Virus record (IMG/VR): IMGVR_UViG_3300032116_000001
Coordinates: 314,849-378,848 of that record
DNA: 64,000 nt
Reading direction: 5' to 3' (one strand)
Below are positions 28,781 through 39,520 of this stretch, in pieces. The notes beneath the pieces are model-generated. The model made no database searches and was not told the origin of the DNA. It saw only the letters and a list, made by a program, of their open reading frames with translations. The translations under genes and the position numbers were made by a program. The first letter of the stretch is position 1. Each line of letters starts with the position of its first letter.

Positions 28781-29671
28781 ATGTGGTACAAACTTGCTCA
28801 GTTGGCATCTGTTGACGCTCCAGTTCTTGGAAACCAATCTGGCCCCGCTCATTTAGGAAGCGGCCAGGAAATGCTTATTGAAGCAGGCGGAGATAGTGTT
28901 CAAGAAGTTGTTAGTAATTTTATGAATAGCAGCCAGCCTGTATTCTTTAGAGATTCAAATGGCCAGCAATATCTGATTATTCATGGCTCGCCCGCACAAG
29001 ACGGAGCTATGTATTTTGATGGTGGGGCAGCGGGGTCAATTAGGCATGATGAATTAGGCGATTGGATGCGCACTCAAGGATATGATCCAGGTGCCACGAA
29101 AGTGATAGCATGTCATGGTGGCCAAATTATGACGCTAAACTCACCTGGCATTACCCCTGCCTTCGATTACACTGGTCAACTTGAGATTGCCGCGCCAAAT
29201 GATGGCAGCGGAGATTTCCTTTCAATTAGAGGAGCCTCTGCAAGATACGCGCTTTCCAAGGAGGGACGAGGCAAAGTTGACATAGATGGTATCAAGGTTT
29301 GGATAGAATATCCCAAAGGCTCAACTCGATCAGGCAAGGGCAAGGACGGCAAAGAATGGAGCCGAAAGATGGAGTGTGATTATGGCCGAATCATGGGAAC
29401 AGTAGGGGCTGATGGCGATGCTATTGATATGTTCCTTGGGGGAAATCTTGACGCCGATAAAGTTTTTATCGTAGATCAACTGAATTCTGATGGCGACTTT
29501 GATGAGCATAAATGTGTTATGGGGTGCGACACCTTAAAGCAAGCAAAAGAATTATATCTCTCCAATTATCCAAAAGACTGGAAATGCGGGAAAGTTACAG
29601 AAATGAACATTTCTGAATTTAAGAAGTGGCTTAAAAAAGGAGACAAAAAAGTCCCAGCATCATCGGAGTAA
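28781..29671 (+). CDS. MWY-tagged protein: caspase-fold-like domain plus InPase domain
   Basis: Start MWYKLAQ at ATG 28781; IIHG...VIACH; IEYPKGSTRSG...YGRI.GT.GADGDAIDMF...FDEHKC. Confidence 0.7.
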   Translation: MWYKLAQLASVDAPVLGNQSGPAHLGSGQEMLIEAGGDSVQEVVSNFMNSSQPVFFRDSNGQQYLIIHGSPAQDGAMYFDGGAAGSIRHDELGDWMRTQGYDPGATKVIACHGGQIMTLNSPGITPAFDYTGQLEIAAPNDGSGDFLSIRGASARYALSKEGRGKVDIDGIKVWIEYPKGSTRSGKGKDGKEWSRKMECDYGRIMGTVGADGDAIDMFLGGNLDADKVFIVDQLNSDGDFDEHKCVMGCDTLKQAKELYLSNYPKDWKCGKVTEMNISEFKKWLKKGDKKVPASSE

Positions 29672-29673
29672 TT

Positions 29674-31236
29674 ATGTGGTACAAGCAGGCTCAAAACACC
29701 GTTGAAGAAAATAAAAAGTCCAAGTCTTTTTATTCTCATATGCTTCGCGTCGTTGAAGAAAAAATGGGCTCAAAAATGCCTGCTCAAGACCTTAAAAGAC
29801 TGCTTCAAAAATCTGGCGTCAGTGCCGAAGAAATGAGTTGGGTACACCTTGACGAGTATTTGGAAAACAACCCTATTGTTTTTAAATCAGATTTGATAAA
29901 TAGAATACAGTCAAAGCTGCACAATATTGTAGTTCACGAAATGGATTATGAACAAGAACATGAAGACAATCGTGATACCACATGGGGAACGCAATTTGAT
30001 GATGAAGATTACTTCAAGGGCTATGAAGACTATACTCTGCCCTACGGGGATGATTATAAGGAGTTTTTAATTACAATCGGCGCGAAACCAGAAGATGAGT
30101 TTATTGATTATTTGATGAAGATAAATACTGGTTACGAGCGAATGGGTCGCGAAGCACTAAAGAAAAGCATTGAAGAGCATCCTGGTTCGTGGCGCAATCA
30201 TTGGGGACATTGGAAGCGTTCTTTGGGGGAGGACTTCCCCGATTATGAATCTAGGCACTTCGAGGGTCATAAAAACCCCATAGCTCACATGAGAACGACT
30301 TCAAGAACGTCTAAGGACGGAAAGAAGTCTTTACATATTGAGGAAATACAAAGCGACTGGCACCAGGATGGGCGCAAACATGGATATGATCGGCCAGGAC
30401 GTGCCAAAGATATAATCACAGTGTCGAAGCTGTGGGAGAAGGTTGCTGTTTTTAAATCGGCCACGGAAGAAGAAAAGAAAGAATATGAAGCTGCAAAAAC
30501 AAGGTTAGAAAGAGATCAGTGGCGACCCGACACTGTCCCCCCTGGCCCATATGCGAAAAACTGGCACGAATTGGCGATGAAGCATGCTATTGATATGGCA
30601 GTACGCGGCGGTTATGATCGCGTAACATGGAACACGGGTGATATTAGCCGAAACATATTTGGGCTATCTAATGTTTTAGATAAATTAGAATTAACAAAAG
30701 ATCAAAACGGAAGAATTTATATTCGTGGCTGGATGTCAGATAAAATAAAAGTTAACCAACAAGCTGTCGAGTCAAAAGAGCTTGCAAATTATATAGGCAA
30801 AGACCTGGCAGAGAAATTTTTATCATCGGGGCAAGAATCAATGGTTATTCAGGGTAAAGACTTGGAATATGGCGGCTACGGATTGCAAGCATTTTATGAT
30901 CACATTCTGCCAAGCTTTACTAAAAAATACATTAAAAAATGGAACGGGGACGTTGGCGAGCATGAGGTGAATCAGGGTCAATACATGCACTACATTCAGG
31001 AAAGGCCAGCGCCTGATGGTTCGTGGATTGTCCGTCAATTTAGTCCATCAGGATTAAATGAATCAACTGAATCTTTTCCGTCTTTAGAAGAGGCGAAAAA
31101 GTTTAAGGAAGAGAACAGAGTCAAATCTTGGGCGAAAGTTCACGGATTTGATATTACCCCCGAAATGCGAGAAGATATACAGAATAATGGACAGAGACTT
31201 GCCACATCCATTGTGGCCAGAAGAGTGAAAGGATAA
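29674..31236 (+). CDS. MWY-tagged protein resembling a large polyvalent/ejection-protein domain
   Basis: MWYKQAQ; HF..KNPIAHMR...LHIEEIQSDWHQ.GR..GY; AFYD.ILP. Confidence 0.7.
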   Translation: MWYKQAQNTVEENKKSKSFYSHMLRVVEEKMGSKMPAQDLKRLLQKSGVSAEEMSWVHLDEYLENNPIVFKSDLINRIQSKLHNIVVHEMDYEQEHEDNRDTTWGTQFDDEDYFKGYEDYTLPYGDDYKEFLITIGAKPEDEFIDYLMKINTGYERMGREALKKSIEEHPGSWRNHWGHWKRSLGEDFPDYESRHFEGHKNPIAHMRTTSRTSKDGKKSLHIEEIQSDWHQDGRKHGYDRPGRAKDIITVSKLWEKVAVFKSATEEEKKEYEAAKTRLERDQWRPDTVPPGPYAKNWHELAMKHAIDMAVRGGYDRVTWNTGDISRNIFGLSNVLDKLELTKDQNGRIYIRGWMSDKIKVNQQAVESKELANYIGKDLAEKFLSSGQESMVIQGKDLEYGGYGLQAFYDHILPSFTKKYIKKWNGDVGEHEVNQGQYMHYIQERPAPDGSWIVRQFSPSGLNESTESFPSLEEAKKFKEENRVKSWAKVHGFDITPEMREDIQNNGQRLATSIVARRVKG

Positions 31237-31266
31237 TTGTAATTTTAAACAGAAAAAGAGACTATC

Positions 31267-32013
31267 ATGAATCGTATCGCTGTCATAAAGTCATTAATTG
31301 CGATTGCTAACTCCTTGGAAGATCAGGAATTATCCTCTGAGGCCTCGCGATTAGATGCAGTAATTAGAAAAATCGCCAGCATTGATGATGAAGGGGGCCT
31401 TCAAGGTGATTTTAATATATCCCCTTCCATTATTAATTCTTTAGGCGGCGATAGTGCAATGAATGAGCAAAATTCATCTGCCATGCAGCAAGCCGAGCGA
31501 ATGATTAACGAGGCTGCAGGAGTCCCGTCTATGCGAGAGTTAGCTGTACGATGGAGTGTTTCGCCAGGGTCAGCCCTTTGGATTTATGCTCAAACTGGCG
31601 AAGTAAATGATCTTGTACATCGCAAGGCGCTTTTAAAGGAAATTTCAGAAGCCATTGATAAAAATCATGACCCTCAAGAGGCTATTTTGCTCAATCAATT
31701 TTATAGCTTGATTTTGAAAACACTGCCAGTTGCAATAGGTCAAAACAAAGTTAATGTAAAGTCGGTAAATCATAGTCGCAAACCAAGTGATATTGGGGGA
31801 GAAGATATATTCTTAACTTTCACCACTGAAGATGATCATGTTGGCGGCATACAAATGCATAAATCAGACAAGGGTCAAATTCAATTTGTTGGATCGGGTT
31901 ATTTTAAAGATGGCAAATTTATGTCATGGGGATATAATGCACAAGACAGCAGCCTGCTTGCCAACGCACTTAACTCTTTTCTTATGGAGCAAGAAAGACA
32001 ATCATATAGGTAA
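31267..32013 (+). CDS. helical-tag protein (paralog 1)
   Basis: IANSLEDQELSSEASRLDAVIRKIAS; RWSVSPGSALW. Confidence 0.75.
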   Translation: MNRIAVIKSLIAIANSLEDQELSSEASRLDAVIRKIASIDDEGGLQGDFNISPSIINSLGGDSAMNEQNSSAMQQAERMINEAAGVPSMRELAVRWSVSPGSALWIYAQTGEVNDLVHRKALLKEISEAIDKNHDPQEAILLNQFYSLILKTLPVAIGQNKVNVKSVNHSRKPSDIGGEDIFLTFTTEDDHVGGIQMHKSDKGQIQFVGSGYFKDGKFMSWGYNAQDSSLLANALNSFLMEQERQSYR

Positions 32014-32023
32014 AAAAACAAAC

Positions 32024-32815
32024 ATGGATCGCATAGCTACAATCAAATCTTTAATTAAAATCACAAACGCACTGGAAAAAGGTGGGTTTTATAAAGAGGC
32101 CCAAACTCTTGACTATGTGATTCGTCGTATTGCCAGTATTGAGAACGAAGGAGGGCTTAATGGAGAATATGATATTTCTCGGGCCATTCTTAATGACATA
32201 GAAAACCCTAAGCTTTCCGACGATTTACCAAATTTTGATACTGCAGAAAACATGATCGAAGAATTGCCAGATAGATTCTTGCAGGACAACATATTTGACG
32301 AAGAGGATGAAGAAATTGACCCAGAAGAAAAAGAATTAAGACTTCTGGCAAGTCGATGGAGCACAGGAAAGGAATCCGCTTTACACGGGTTTGCTGTTTC
32401 TGGCATGATCGTAGATTTAGATGATCATGCTAGGGCTCTTGAAGAGATTGATCGAGCGCTGGATTTAAACACTGATCCAGAAGAATATATCAGATTAAGA
32501 GACCTTGAGGCACATTTAATAATGTCTATTCCTCTCATAATCCCATTTATTGGCTATGATAGCATCAAAGACATCAAAATACAACCTCGGAGCACGGAAA
32601 AAGGTCTTGACGTGATGTTTTTCTTTAGAACTGATCGAGGTTTTCGTGGTGTGCTTAATTGCAGCGTTGACCATCAAGAAAATATTATCCCGCGTTTTAC
32701 GGGGCTTGAAGATAACGGTGAATACAAATCAATGCATTATTCCAACGATCAAATTAAACAATTGGCTGAAGCTTTTTTTAGAAGATTACACATTGAAACA
32801 GGGGGAGATATATAA
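32024..32815 (+). CDS. helical-tag protein (paralog 2)
   Basis: ATG 32024 MDRIATIKSLIKITNALEKGGFYKEAQTLDYVIRRIAS; tandem paralog of 31267. Confidence 0.75.
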   Translation: MDRIATIKSLIKITNALEKGGFYKEAQTLDYVIRRIASIENEGGLNGEYDISRAILNDIENPKLSDDLPNFDTAENMIEELPDRFLQDNIFDEEDEEIDPEEKELRLLASRWSTGKESALHGFAVSGMIVDLDDHARALEEIDRALDLNTDPEEYIRLRDLEAHLIMSIPLIIPFIGYDSIKDIKIQPRSTEKGLDVMFFFRTDRGFRGVLNCSVDHQENIIPRFTGLEDNGEYKSMHYSNDQIKQLAEAFFRRLHIETGGDI

Positions 32816-32817
32816 TC

Positions 32818-33183
32818 ATGCAGCTTATTAGCAAAATGCTCACCATGCAATCTCAACTTCGCATTTTTCATTGGCAATCAAAGACTTTTGCACAGCATGA
32901 AGCCTTTGGCAAGGCCTATGAGTCACTTGATGAATTGGTGGATGATTTCATAGAAGTATTTCAAGGGACTAGAGGTGTTGTAAAAACAAAAGGTAAATTC
33001 AATTTGCAACTTTGTAATCTTACCGATTGTGATCCCGTAGAATTGATTAATGAGCACATTGAATTTTTATCCAATGATTTGACAAATTTATTAAATGACA
33101 AAAAAGACACCGATTTGTTAAATTTAAAAGACGAAATGATCGCAGTTTTAAACAAAACCAAGTATTTACTCAGATTAACCTAA
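32818..33183 (+). CDS. ferritin/Dps-like four-helix protein
   Basis: LRIFHWQ...HEAFG.AYE.LD.L.D.FIE; KTKYLL. Confidence 0.75.
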   Translation: MQLISKMLTMQSQLRIFHWQSKTFAQHEAFGKAYESLDELVDDFIEVFQGTRGVVKTKGKFNLQLCNLTDCDPVELINEHIEFLSNDLTNLLNDKKDTDLLNLKDEMIAVLNKTKYLLRLT

Positions 33184-33184
33184 G

Positions 33185-35209
33185 ATGAAATCATTAGCTA
33201 TTTCGCGTGTGCAAACGATGCTAAGAAGTGCATCGAGTTTAGATAAAATTGGCAAGTATGCAAGTGCTGATATTTTATCTAATGCTGCGCATCATATGTT
33301 AAAAAAGATTTCTCAAACAAACATGTCAACAAGAATTCCTGCTGATTCATACATGGAAAAATATATGGATCAATACAAGGATTATTTTGGAGAGCCAACT
33401 ATTGATAAAGATGGTTCTCCAAAATATTATACGGATCAATATGATGATATAGACCATTCTTATGTCTTTGCGCTGAAAAATAACCCAACCGCGATAGATA
33501 ATCTTAGACCAAGTGAATTAAAATACTGGCATAAAAGACAGACGCAGATGCATGATTACGAGCCAGATCATCAAACGTGGGATCATTTAAAGCATTCTTT
33601 TGAAAGAGGAACTCCCGAATATGATCATTATCTTAGGCTTTTGTCTCGCGATCCTGTTTACGAAAATATCAATCCCGATGATTTGATTAATTATGTGAAA
33701 TCACAGCAAGATCAATATAGCCGTGGAGACTGGAGCAATCCAACGGACTGGAATGTTGCTCATTCTCTTCTTCGAGCTGCTAATCACTATTTAATACATG
33801 ATAATTTTGATTATAAAAATTATGTTTCTGACATCGAAAGTCCTTACAATCTTACAAGCCCCTTAAATCAGCAGCAAGTTGATGATCGCCGAGCCCTTAA
33901 TTTAGTAATGGAACGAGATAAACCCATGGTCAAACTGCCTCCTACAGAGGCATACAGACTGGGCGACGGATCATTGATCCATTTTAACATGGGTCGCAGA
34001 GACACTATATTAAGACATTTTACAAAAGATGATGTCGATAAGCCTTACGACGAACTAATTGCGCGAAGCCTGTTAAGCAATGATAAAGACATAGCAAGCG
34101 AAAAGCTCAACAGCATTAAAGAAAAAATGAAAAATATTTATCGGATGACCCCCGAAAACACAGAAAATTATTATCATTATCTGAAAGTTTTCGCTATGTA
34201 TCCTAATTTAATCGGAACATCATTAAAAAACATTGATGAAATCGTATCTAATCTAAATGAAGGGCAAGACGGGTCAAATGACATGGGAAGACTCATGGTT
34301 GTCTTTAATAAAAATTGGCGACAATGGGTGGCTAAATTTAATAATGATGTTCACGAAGCTGCGCAAATCTTGCCAATGGGCAGTACACAGGACTTGCGCG
34401 GACTAGGCGATTTGCTAATGCAGTGGTATGGCAAGGTCAAAACTACAGATTTGTACACAATAGCCTCATATTGGCCAAATCTTACCGCAGAAGATAAATC
34501 ACTTCCTATTGATCAACTAGCTGATCGAGTTCGATATTACAAAGTCAGGCAGCTTTTTAAAGCAGAAAGCATTAATCATCCTTCTTTTGCAATCGAGGCA
34601 GCCAAATGGTGGCAATCTGCCGAGGGCGACGAGGATGATGCATGGCTTAACATTGATGAAGATGATGACACAGAGCCGTTCGATTATGAAAACATTGAAA
34701 AATTGTTTATCGACTCTCAAAATGTACCCCTCCCTGTTTGGGCTTCATACACAGCAAGTATTGGTGGGTTGACTGGAAGATTTTTGCCTCGTTCAGACGT
34801 CCGCGGGTTGTTCCTGGGTCAATACAGCAATTCCTGTCAACATCCCTGGGGAGTTGGAGCAAGTTGCGCAATTCACGGCCAAACCTCGCCGCATGGAGCA
34901 TTTTTTGTTGTTGAAGACCAGAAAGGCAACATCATCGCCCAAAGTTGGGTGTGGGAAGATTATGACGGAGATGTTGTTTTTGATAATGTCGAGGCGCTTG
35001 GCATTGGCGACAGAAGAATGCCAATAGTTCAGTCAATTTATAAAACTGTAGCGGAACAAATGGAAGGCCGTATAGTTCACATAGGAACGGGCGGAAGCGA
35101 CTTGGATTTGGAACCATTTAAAGACACAGACTTTCGACTCGCGCCAAATGATTATTATGGGTATCGAGACTCCACAAGACAAAAAATACTCGCAGACAAC
35201 ACTTATTAA
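33185..35209 (+). CDS. helical-tag protein with a C-terminal putative GNAT-like domain
   Basis: SASSLDKIGKYASADIL...KKISQ; CQH..G.GASCAIHG..AQSWVW..VFDNVE. Confidence 0.65.
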   Translation: MKSLAISRVQTMLRSASSLDKIGKYASADILSNAAHHMLKKISQTNMSTRIPADSYMEKYMDQYKDYFGEPTIDKDGSPKYYTDQYDDIDHSYVFALKNNPTAIDNLRPSELKYWHKRQTQMHDYEPDHQTWDHLKHSFERGTPEYDHYLRLLSRDPVYENINPDDLINYVKSQQDQYSRGDWSNPTDWNVAHSLLRAANHYLIHDNFDYKNYVSDIESPYNLTSPLNQQQVDDRRALNLVMERDKPMVKLPPTEAYRLGDGSLIHFNMGRRDTILRHFTKDDVDKPYDELIARSLLSNDKDIASEKLNSIKEKMKNIYRMTPENTENYYHYLKVFAMYPNLIGTSLKNIDEIVSNLNEGQDGSNDMGRLMVVFNKNWRQWVAKFNNDVHEAAQILPMGSTQDLRGLGDLLMQWYGKVKTTDLYTIASYWPNLTAEDKSLPIDQLADRVRYYKVRQLFKAESINHPSFAIEAAKWWQSAEGDEDDAWLNIDEDDDTEPFDYENIEKLFIDSQNVPLPVWASYTASIGGLTGRFLPRSDVRGLFLGQYSNSCQHPWGVGASCAIHGQTSPHGAFFVVEDQKGNIIAQSWVWEDYDGDVVFDNVEALGIGDRRMPIVQSIYKTVAEQMEGRIVHIGTGGSDLDLEPFKDTDFRLAPNDYYGYRDSTRQKILADNTY

Positions 35210-36675
35210 TTATTCGATGATGTTAGCTGCTTTCTGGCGTCATATAATTCTCTAAATTTTCTAATTTTTTCTCTGACTTGTTGATTATTTATTTTTAATC
35301 CGTTAATCAAAATTGTCAGGAATCTTGCGCGTAAATCGTCACGTTCCCATGATGACATTTTGCGGTCGAGAAGTGAGTCAAACTGGCTTTGCCATTTTTC
35401 CATTTCCTCTTCATACTCATCTTCGTCTTCAAAATTATTCTCTGGCTCCTCTGGCATTAAATAATATATTTCGTCTTTCAATTCTTTTTCTGCCTTGTTT
35501 TTATAATCTTCAAAAAAACTGTCAACCTCATCGTATGAAGTTGTGTAATTCCAATAATATTTATCGAACTTACGCTTTTCGGCTAACTGTTCATCTCTTT
35601 TTGCTAAAATCTTTAGTAAACTATAAGCAGCATCATCAGCATAACGATCTTCTAACTGTCCCCACGTATTTTCAAATTTGTCCAGAGTGTTTTCCACTGC
35701 ATATAATACATCTAATTTAGTGAAATCAGTGTCTTGAGCCAGTCCATATTGATCTATTTCTGCCCCGTATTGATCGATATGATCGGCAACAGATTTCATG
35801 TCAACTCCGTCTAAATTAAATTCTTTTGTAATCAGCGATTCTTCCCATTTTTGCACTGGCAGATTTTCAACCCACTCTTTAATATATGATTGGTAATCTT
35901 CGCTTAGCACACGATTGGAGTGCCCCTTAATTTCAGAAATCTCCCCATATTCGTTCATCCTTATGGTCGCTACTGGATGATTTGTTTCGTCTCTTAGGGA
36001 AAATATTTGGTATTTCCCTTCTTTTACATCATCGCAGTATGTTCCAACGCAGTGATTCATTTTATTTCCCTCCGCTCTAAGATCATTCTCAGATGTGACT
36101 AACTGCATCGTGTACCCATCATCGTAATCGTAAACTACATTTGCGGGACTAATTGGCTCATACATTAATCCAGAACCCTTGCCAGCCATCATTGTGTGCC
36201 ATTCTTCGGACATTTTGACAGCCGAGGCCCAATCATAAGAAGAGAGCTGGAATCTCGATTGTCCTTGGTCATCGAGGGGGTGACGTGCGATTTCGTAATT
36301 ATACCAATCTTTAATCGCATCTGCCTGATTAATAATTTCCAGATTGTCAATGGCATATTTTCTACCATTGGGGTCCAACCTCATTTTCTTTACTTGAATC
36401 AAAAGCCATTTTGCAAATTGTGGAATATTTTGATAGCGCATGTAAAGATTAGATTCAAAATTGCTTTGCTGATTTTGTTCAGTTTTGATATTAGCAAGAT
36501 TTTGAATTTCTTCTATCGTGGCGTTTGGTTTGTTTCTGACAATATTCACATAAATTTTTTGGTGATCGGGGTTCTGATCACCAATCCACGCAATAACATG
36601 ATCGGGAACACCAAGTGACTTTAAATATTCCTCTTGGGTCCCCGATATGCAAACTTTTGCGTATTTATACCACAC
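35206..36675 (-). CDS. MWY-tagged PcfJ-like protein
   Basis: GTG start MWYKYAK; DLRAEGNKMNHCVGTYC...IFSLR...PVATI; paralogous to 14342-16909. Confidence 0.75.
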   Translation of the reverse strand: MWYKYAKVCISGTQEEYLKSLGVPDHVIAWIGDQNPDHQKIYVNIVRNKPNATIEEIQNLANIKTEQNQQSNFESNLYMRYQNIPQFAKWLLIQVKKMRLDPNGRKYAIDNLEIINQADAIKDWYNYEIARHPLDDQGQSRFQLSSYDWASAVKMSEEWHTMMAGKGSGLMYEPISPANVVYDYDDGYTMQLVTSENDLRAEGNKMNHCVGTYCDDVKEGKYQIFSLRDETNHPVATIRMNEYGEISEIKGHSNRVLSEDYQSYIKEWVENLPVQKWEESLITKEFNLDGVDMKSVADHIDQYGAEIDQYGLAQDTDFTKLDVLYAVENTLDKFENTWGQLEDRYADDAAYSLLKILAKRDEQLAEKRKFDKYYWNYTTSYDEVDSFFEDYKNKAEKELKDEIYYLMPEEPENNFEDEDEYEEEMEKWQSQFDSLLDRKMSSWERDDLRARFLTILINGLKINNQQVREKIRKFRELYDARKQLTSSNN

Positions 36676-36709
36676 GTAGTTTATATTAGAAGATCAGACT
36701 GTGTTATTC

Positions 36710-37975
36710 CTATCTTGAATTCAATAACACTCTTATTTCTTGCTGTGCCGCTAAAGTATCTTCAATTTCATACATGCGCGAATTCAACTCACCTGACACA
36801 ACCTCACAATACAATCTGACCTCATCAAGCGCCTGCGTATTTTCTTCCAGCAGGGTGTTTGTGCTATCAATATGATCGTGGCCTCTCTTAATGAGAGCCA
36901 TTGTATTAGACGCTTCATCAAATTTTTGAAGCAAATCAATTTTGCATTCTAGTATTTTTATATATTTAATAGCTTCTTCTTTCTGTTGCTTTAGTTTTTC
37001 ATGTTGTTCCCAAAGTTGCGCAACGGTATTCTCAATTTCTTCTATCTTTGACTGAGCCAGAATTATACTACCAGATGTATTCGCTTCTTGAAGCAAATCC
37101 ATCTTAGATTTTAAAAACTCAACAAAAACTTGTATTCTTTTTGTTTGTCGGTCTTGGGTATTTTGTTGGTCTTGGGTATTTTTATTCTTACGATAATAAA
37201 AATGACCAAGTTGTAAAATGTCATGAGCCTTTTCTTTTTCTTCTTCACTGGCTCCTTCGAACACAACCTGAAAGCCTTTTTTATTCCAGTTATTCAAGGC
37301 TTTGTTGATTGCATCAAGATCATAATCACGGTCATAATCGTTAATATGAGGCCTGTAGCTTCTGGTCGCTGGGTAGTACCTATAATCCACATGGACACTC
37401 CTGGGGTGATTTATCAAAAACTCACATAATATGGTTTGATATAATTCGGATATTAATTTATATTGATTATAGCTAAAACCCTCTGGCAATGATGATTGCT
37501 CTATGTTATTGGGCAAATCGTCGCCGAAAAATGAACACCGCTGGCGATTTTCTAAATTTACACGATTTAAATGATATCGCCAGCATGTAATTTTCTCTTG
37601 ATTATTCAGTCTTGTAGCCAATGTTTTCGCTGTTTCCACAATATTGTCTTCAAATTCCCTTCCCTCTAATTCCCCTAGAAAAATATCTAAGATAATTTGA
37701 TAATTTTGCGGGATTGTTTCCACAAGTTTATTCTTTGCTTTACCAAGACTAGAAATCAGTGAGACTGTTTGCGAACAGGCTTCTTTGGCTTTTGCCTCAA
37801 TATTTTGGGACAACTTAATGATTGCGTTAATGTCAGACATTGCCTGCTCTGTGGGTGACTTTTTGAACATGTCAAAAAATGATTCAGGTTGATCCGATGA
37901 CTGGATAGTAACTCCTGACGACTTGCGTCGAATGCGTGTAAATAATCGGTGAAAGAACAAAATAATTCTTCTCAT
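36710..37975 (-). CDS. hypothetical coiled-coil protein
   Basis: 421 aa, heptad-rich at both ends. Confidence 0.7.
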   Translation of the reverse strand: MRRIILFFHRLFTRIRRKSSGVTIQSSDQPESFFDMFKKSPTEQAMSDINAIIKLSQNIEAKAKEACSQTVSLISSLGKAKNKLVETIPQNYQIILDIFLGELEGREFEDNIVETAKTLATRLNNQEKITCWRYHLNRVNLENRQRCSFFGDDLPNNIEQSSLPEGFSYNQYKLISELYQTILCEFLINHPRSVHVDYRYYPATRSYRPHINDYDRDYDLDAINKALNNWNKKGFQVVFEGASEEEKEKAHDILQLGHFYYRKNKNTQDQQNTQDRQTKRIQVFVEFLKSKMDLLQEANTSGSIILAQSKIEEIENTVAQLWEQHEKLKQQKEEAIKYIKILECKIDLLQKFDEASNTMALIKRGHDHIDSTNTLLEENTQALDEVRLYCEVVSGELNSRMYEIEDTLAAQQEIRVLLNSR

Positions 37976-38003
37976 GTCTATATCTACGATGAATACACGC
38001 AGA

Positions 38004-38606
38004 TTATCGCCTAAACTTAGTCGTCTTTAGTTCTTTATCCGATCTGGCAAATTTAATTCCATCATTCAGTGCTTGAGATAACCTTTTATTCAGCGATGGC
38101 CTTTCTGATTCTATACGAATGCCTTTCTTTTTTGCTTCTCCAACACACATATCAAATCGCGCCTTTGTTTCACGAGCGTCAACAATGGCGTTGTGTTCAT
38201 TATCGCTCATTGATGGGAATTCTTCAATCCCTACAAGTTCTTTGAGTTGCTGAATGTCTCTGCAAAACATTGGCCAAGTATCAGGAAGGTGAATCATCTT
38301 TCCGTAAAGCTGGCAAAGAGCCACCCAGTCATATCCTGAGAAATCAGCCCAGAACTCTGGATGATCGCCAACGAAAGCAATAATATCTTTTGCTATCTGT
38401 GATTTAGTTTTCCATTCAGGTGAGCTTTTCGGGGGTAGTTGATTGATTACGTGCTGCTTTAACCAAGCATCTTTATTGATTTTTTCCCAATTGGCGTCTT
38501 TGACACAGGCATAATATTCACTCCCGTCTTCCCCGATTATAGCAATCGAAATCAAATCAATAGAACTACCATCTTCCAAAAACTCTGTGTCAAAGAAAAA
38601 CTTCAT
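38004..38606 (-). CDS. DEDD 3'-5' exoribonuclease (Rv2179c/RNase AS-like)
   Basis: FFDTEF, LISI, YDWVALCQLYG.M..LP..WPMFCRD, HNAIVDA. Confidence 0.88.
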   Translation of the reverse strand: MKFFFDTEFLEDGSSIDLISIAIIGEDGSEYYACVKDANWEKINKDAWLKQHVINQLPPKSSPEWKTKSQIAKDIIAFVGDHPEFWADFSGYDWVALCQLYGKMIHLPDTWPMFCRDIQQLKELVGIEEFPSMSDNEHNAIVDARETKARFDMCVGEAKKKGIRIESERPSLNKRLSQALNDGIKFARSDKELKTTKFRR

Positions 38607-38618
38607 TGAAAATATCCC

Positions 38619-39470
38619 TTAGGTTAAAACAATCTTCTTTTGATCCACTGTGATTTTCAGGCCCTTGGCCACAGCTACATCGCGCACAAACACCCATCCC
38701 GCGCCCTTCTCGTCGATTTCAGCGATTTGAATTTGAGGTTTAATGTTTCCAGTGCCCCATGTGAGCACGCGACCACGAACCACCAAGGTGCCATTGGGAT
38801 CGATAGCCATAAGAAAATCTCTAGCCCGAACCATCAAGCGACCATCTTTCAATCGCGTGTTCTCAAAAGTCTTCCCATCAGGCAACACGATCACGAAATC
38901 ATTGTCTTCCGTCGTGTCTTCAGGCACAGAAGTATTCATCAGTGCAGCTACACGACTCACAACATCAGCCTTCGTCACTTTGAGGCCAGGACAGGTTTTC
39001 GTTGTCTTAGGATCGTCACGATGGAATTTGATCGTGTCTGCTTCGACACCAAGTGCTTCACACATGATCGCTAACGCAGCCATAGAATTATCTCGTACTT
39101 TTGCCCCACGACCAGTGTCGAAACTTTCCCTATCGTAGTATCCCAACATCTCAACACCCCAGCTGTTACGATTGAAACTCACTGCGTGAACACCACGACG
39201 ATCCATGCGCTGGAACAGGATGATGCCGTCTCCCTGATCGTCCACAAACACGTGTGGCGCACCATTCCAATCCATTGTGTTTTCGTAATAATGCTTCAAA
39301 TTCAGTAAGTGTTGATTGCTGAGGCCATTTGGACGATTGGCCAAATTAGGCTGACCAGTGTGGTGGAGTGTGACAAATCGGGGCTTAAAAGAACCAAAAG
39401 TCAGTGATTTCAAATATGATCTGAACTCTTCGCGAGTCATTCGTTTGCCGATATAAGGAATTGTGCCCAT
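38619..39470 (-). CDS. N-acetylmuramoyl-L-alanine amidase (endolysin-like)
   Basis: TLHHT, GAPH, HA..FN..SWGVEM, FHRDD...KTCPG. Confidence 0.88.
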   Translation of the reverse strand: MGTIPYIGKRMTREEFRSYLKSLTFGSFKPRFVTLHHTGQPNLANRPNGLSNQHLLNLKHYYENTMDWNGAPHVFVDDQGDGIILFQRMDRRGVHAVSFNRNSWGVEMLGYYDRESFDTGRGAKVRDNSMAALAIMCEALGVEADTIKFHRDDPKTTKTCPGLKVTKADVVSRVAALMNTSVPEDTTEDNDFVIVLPDGKTFENTRLKDGRLMVRARDFLMAIDPNGTLVVRGRVLTWGTGNIKPQIQIAEIDEKGAGWVFVRDVAVAKGLKITVDQKKIVLT

Positions 39471-39520
39471 ATTTTAGATTTATTTTTTTATGGACACAAT
39501 TCCTGCTTTGCGATTTTCAA

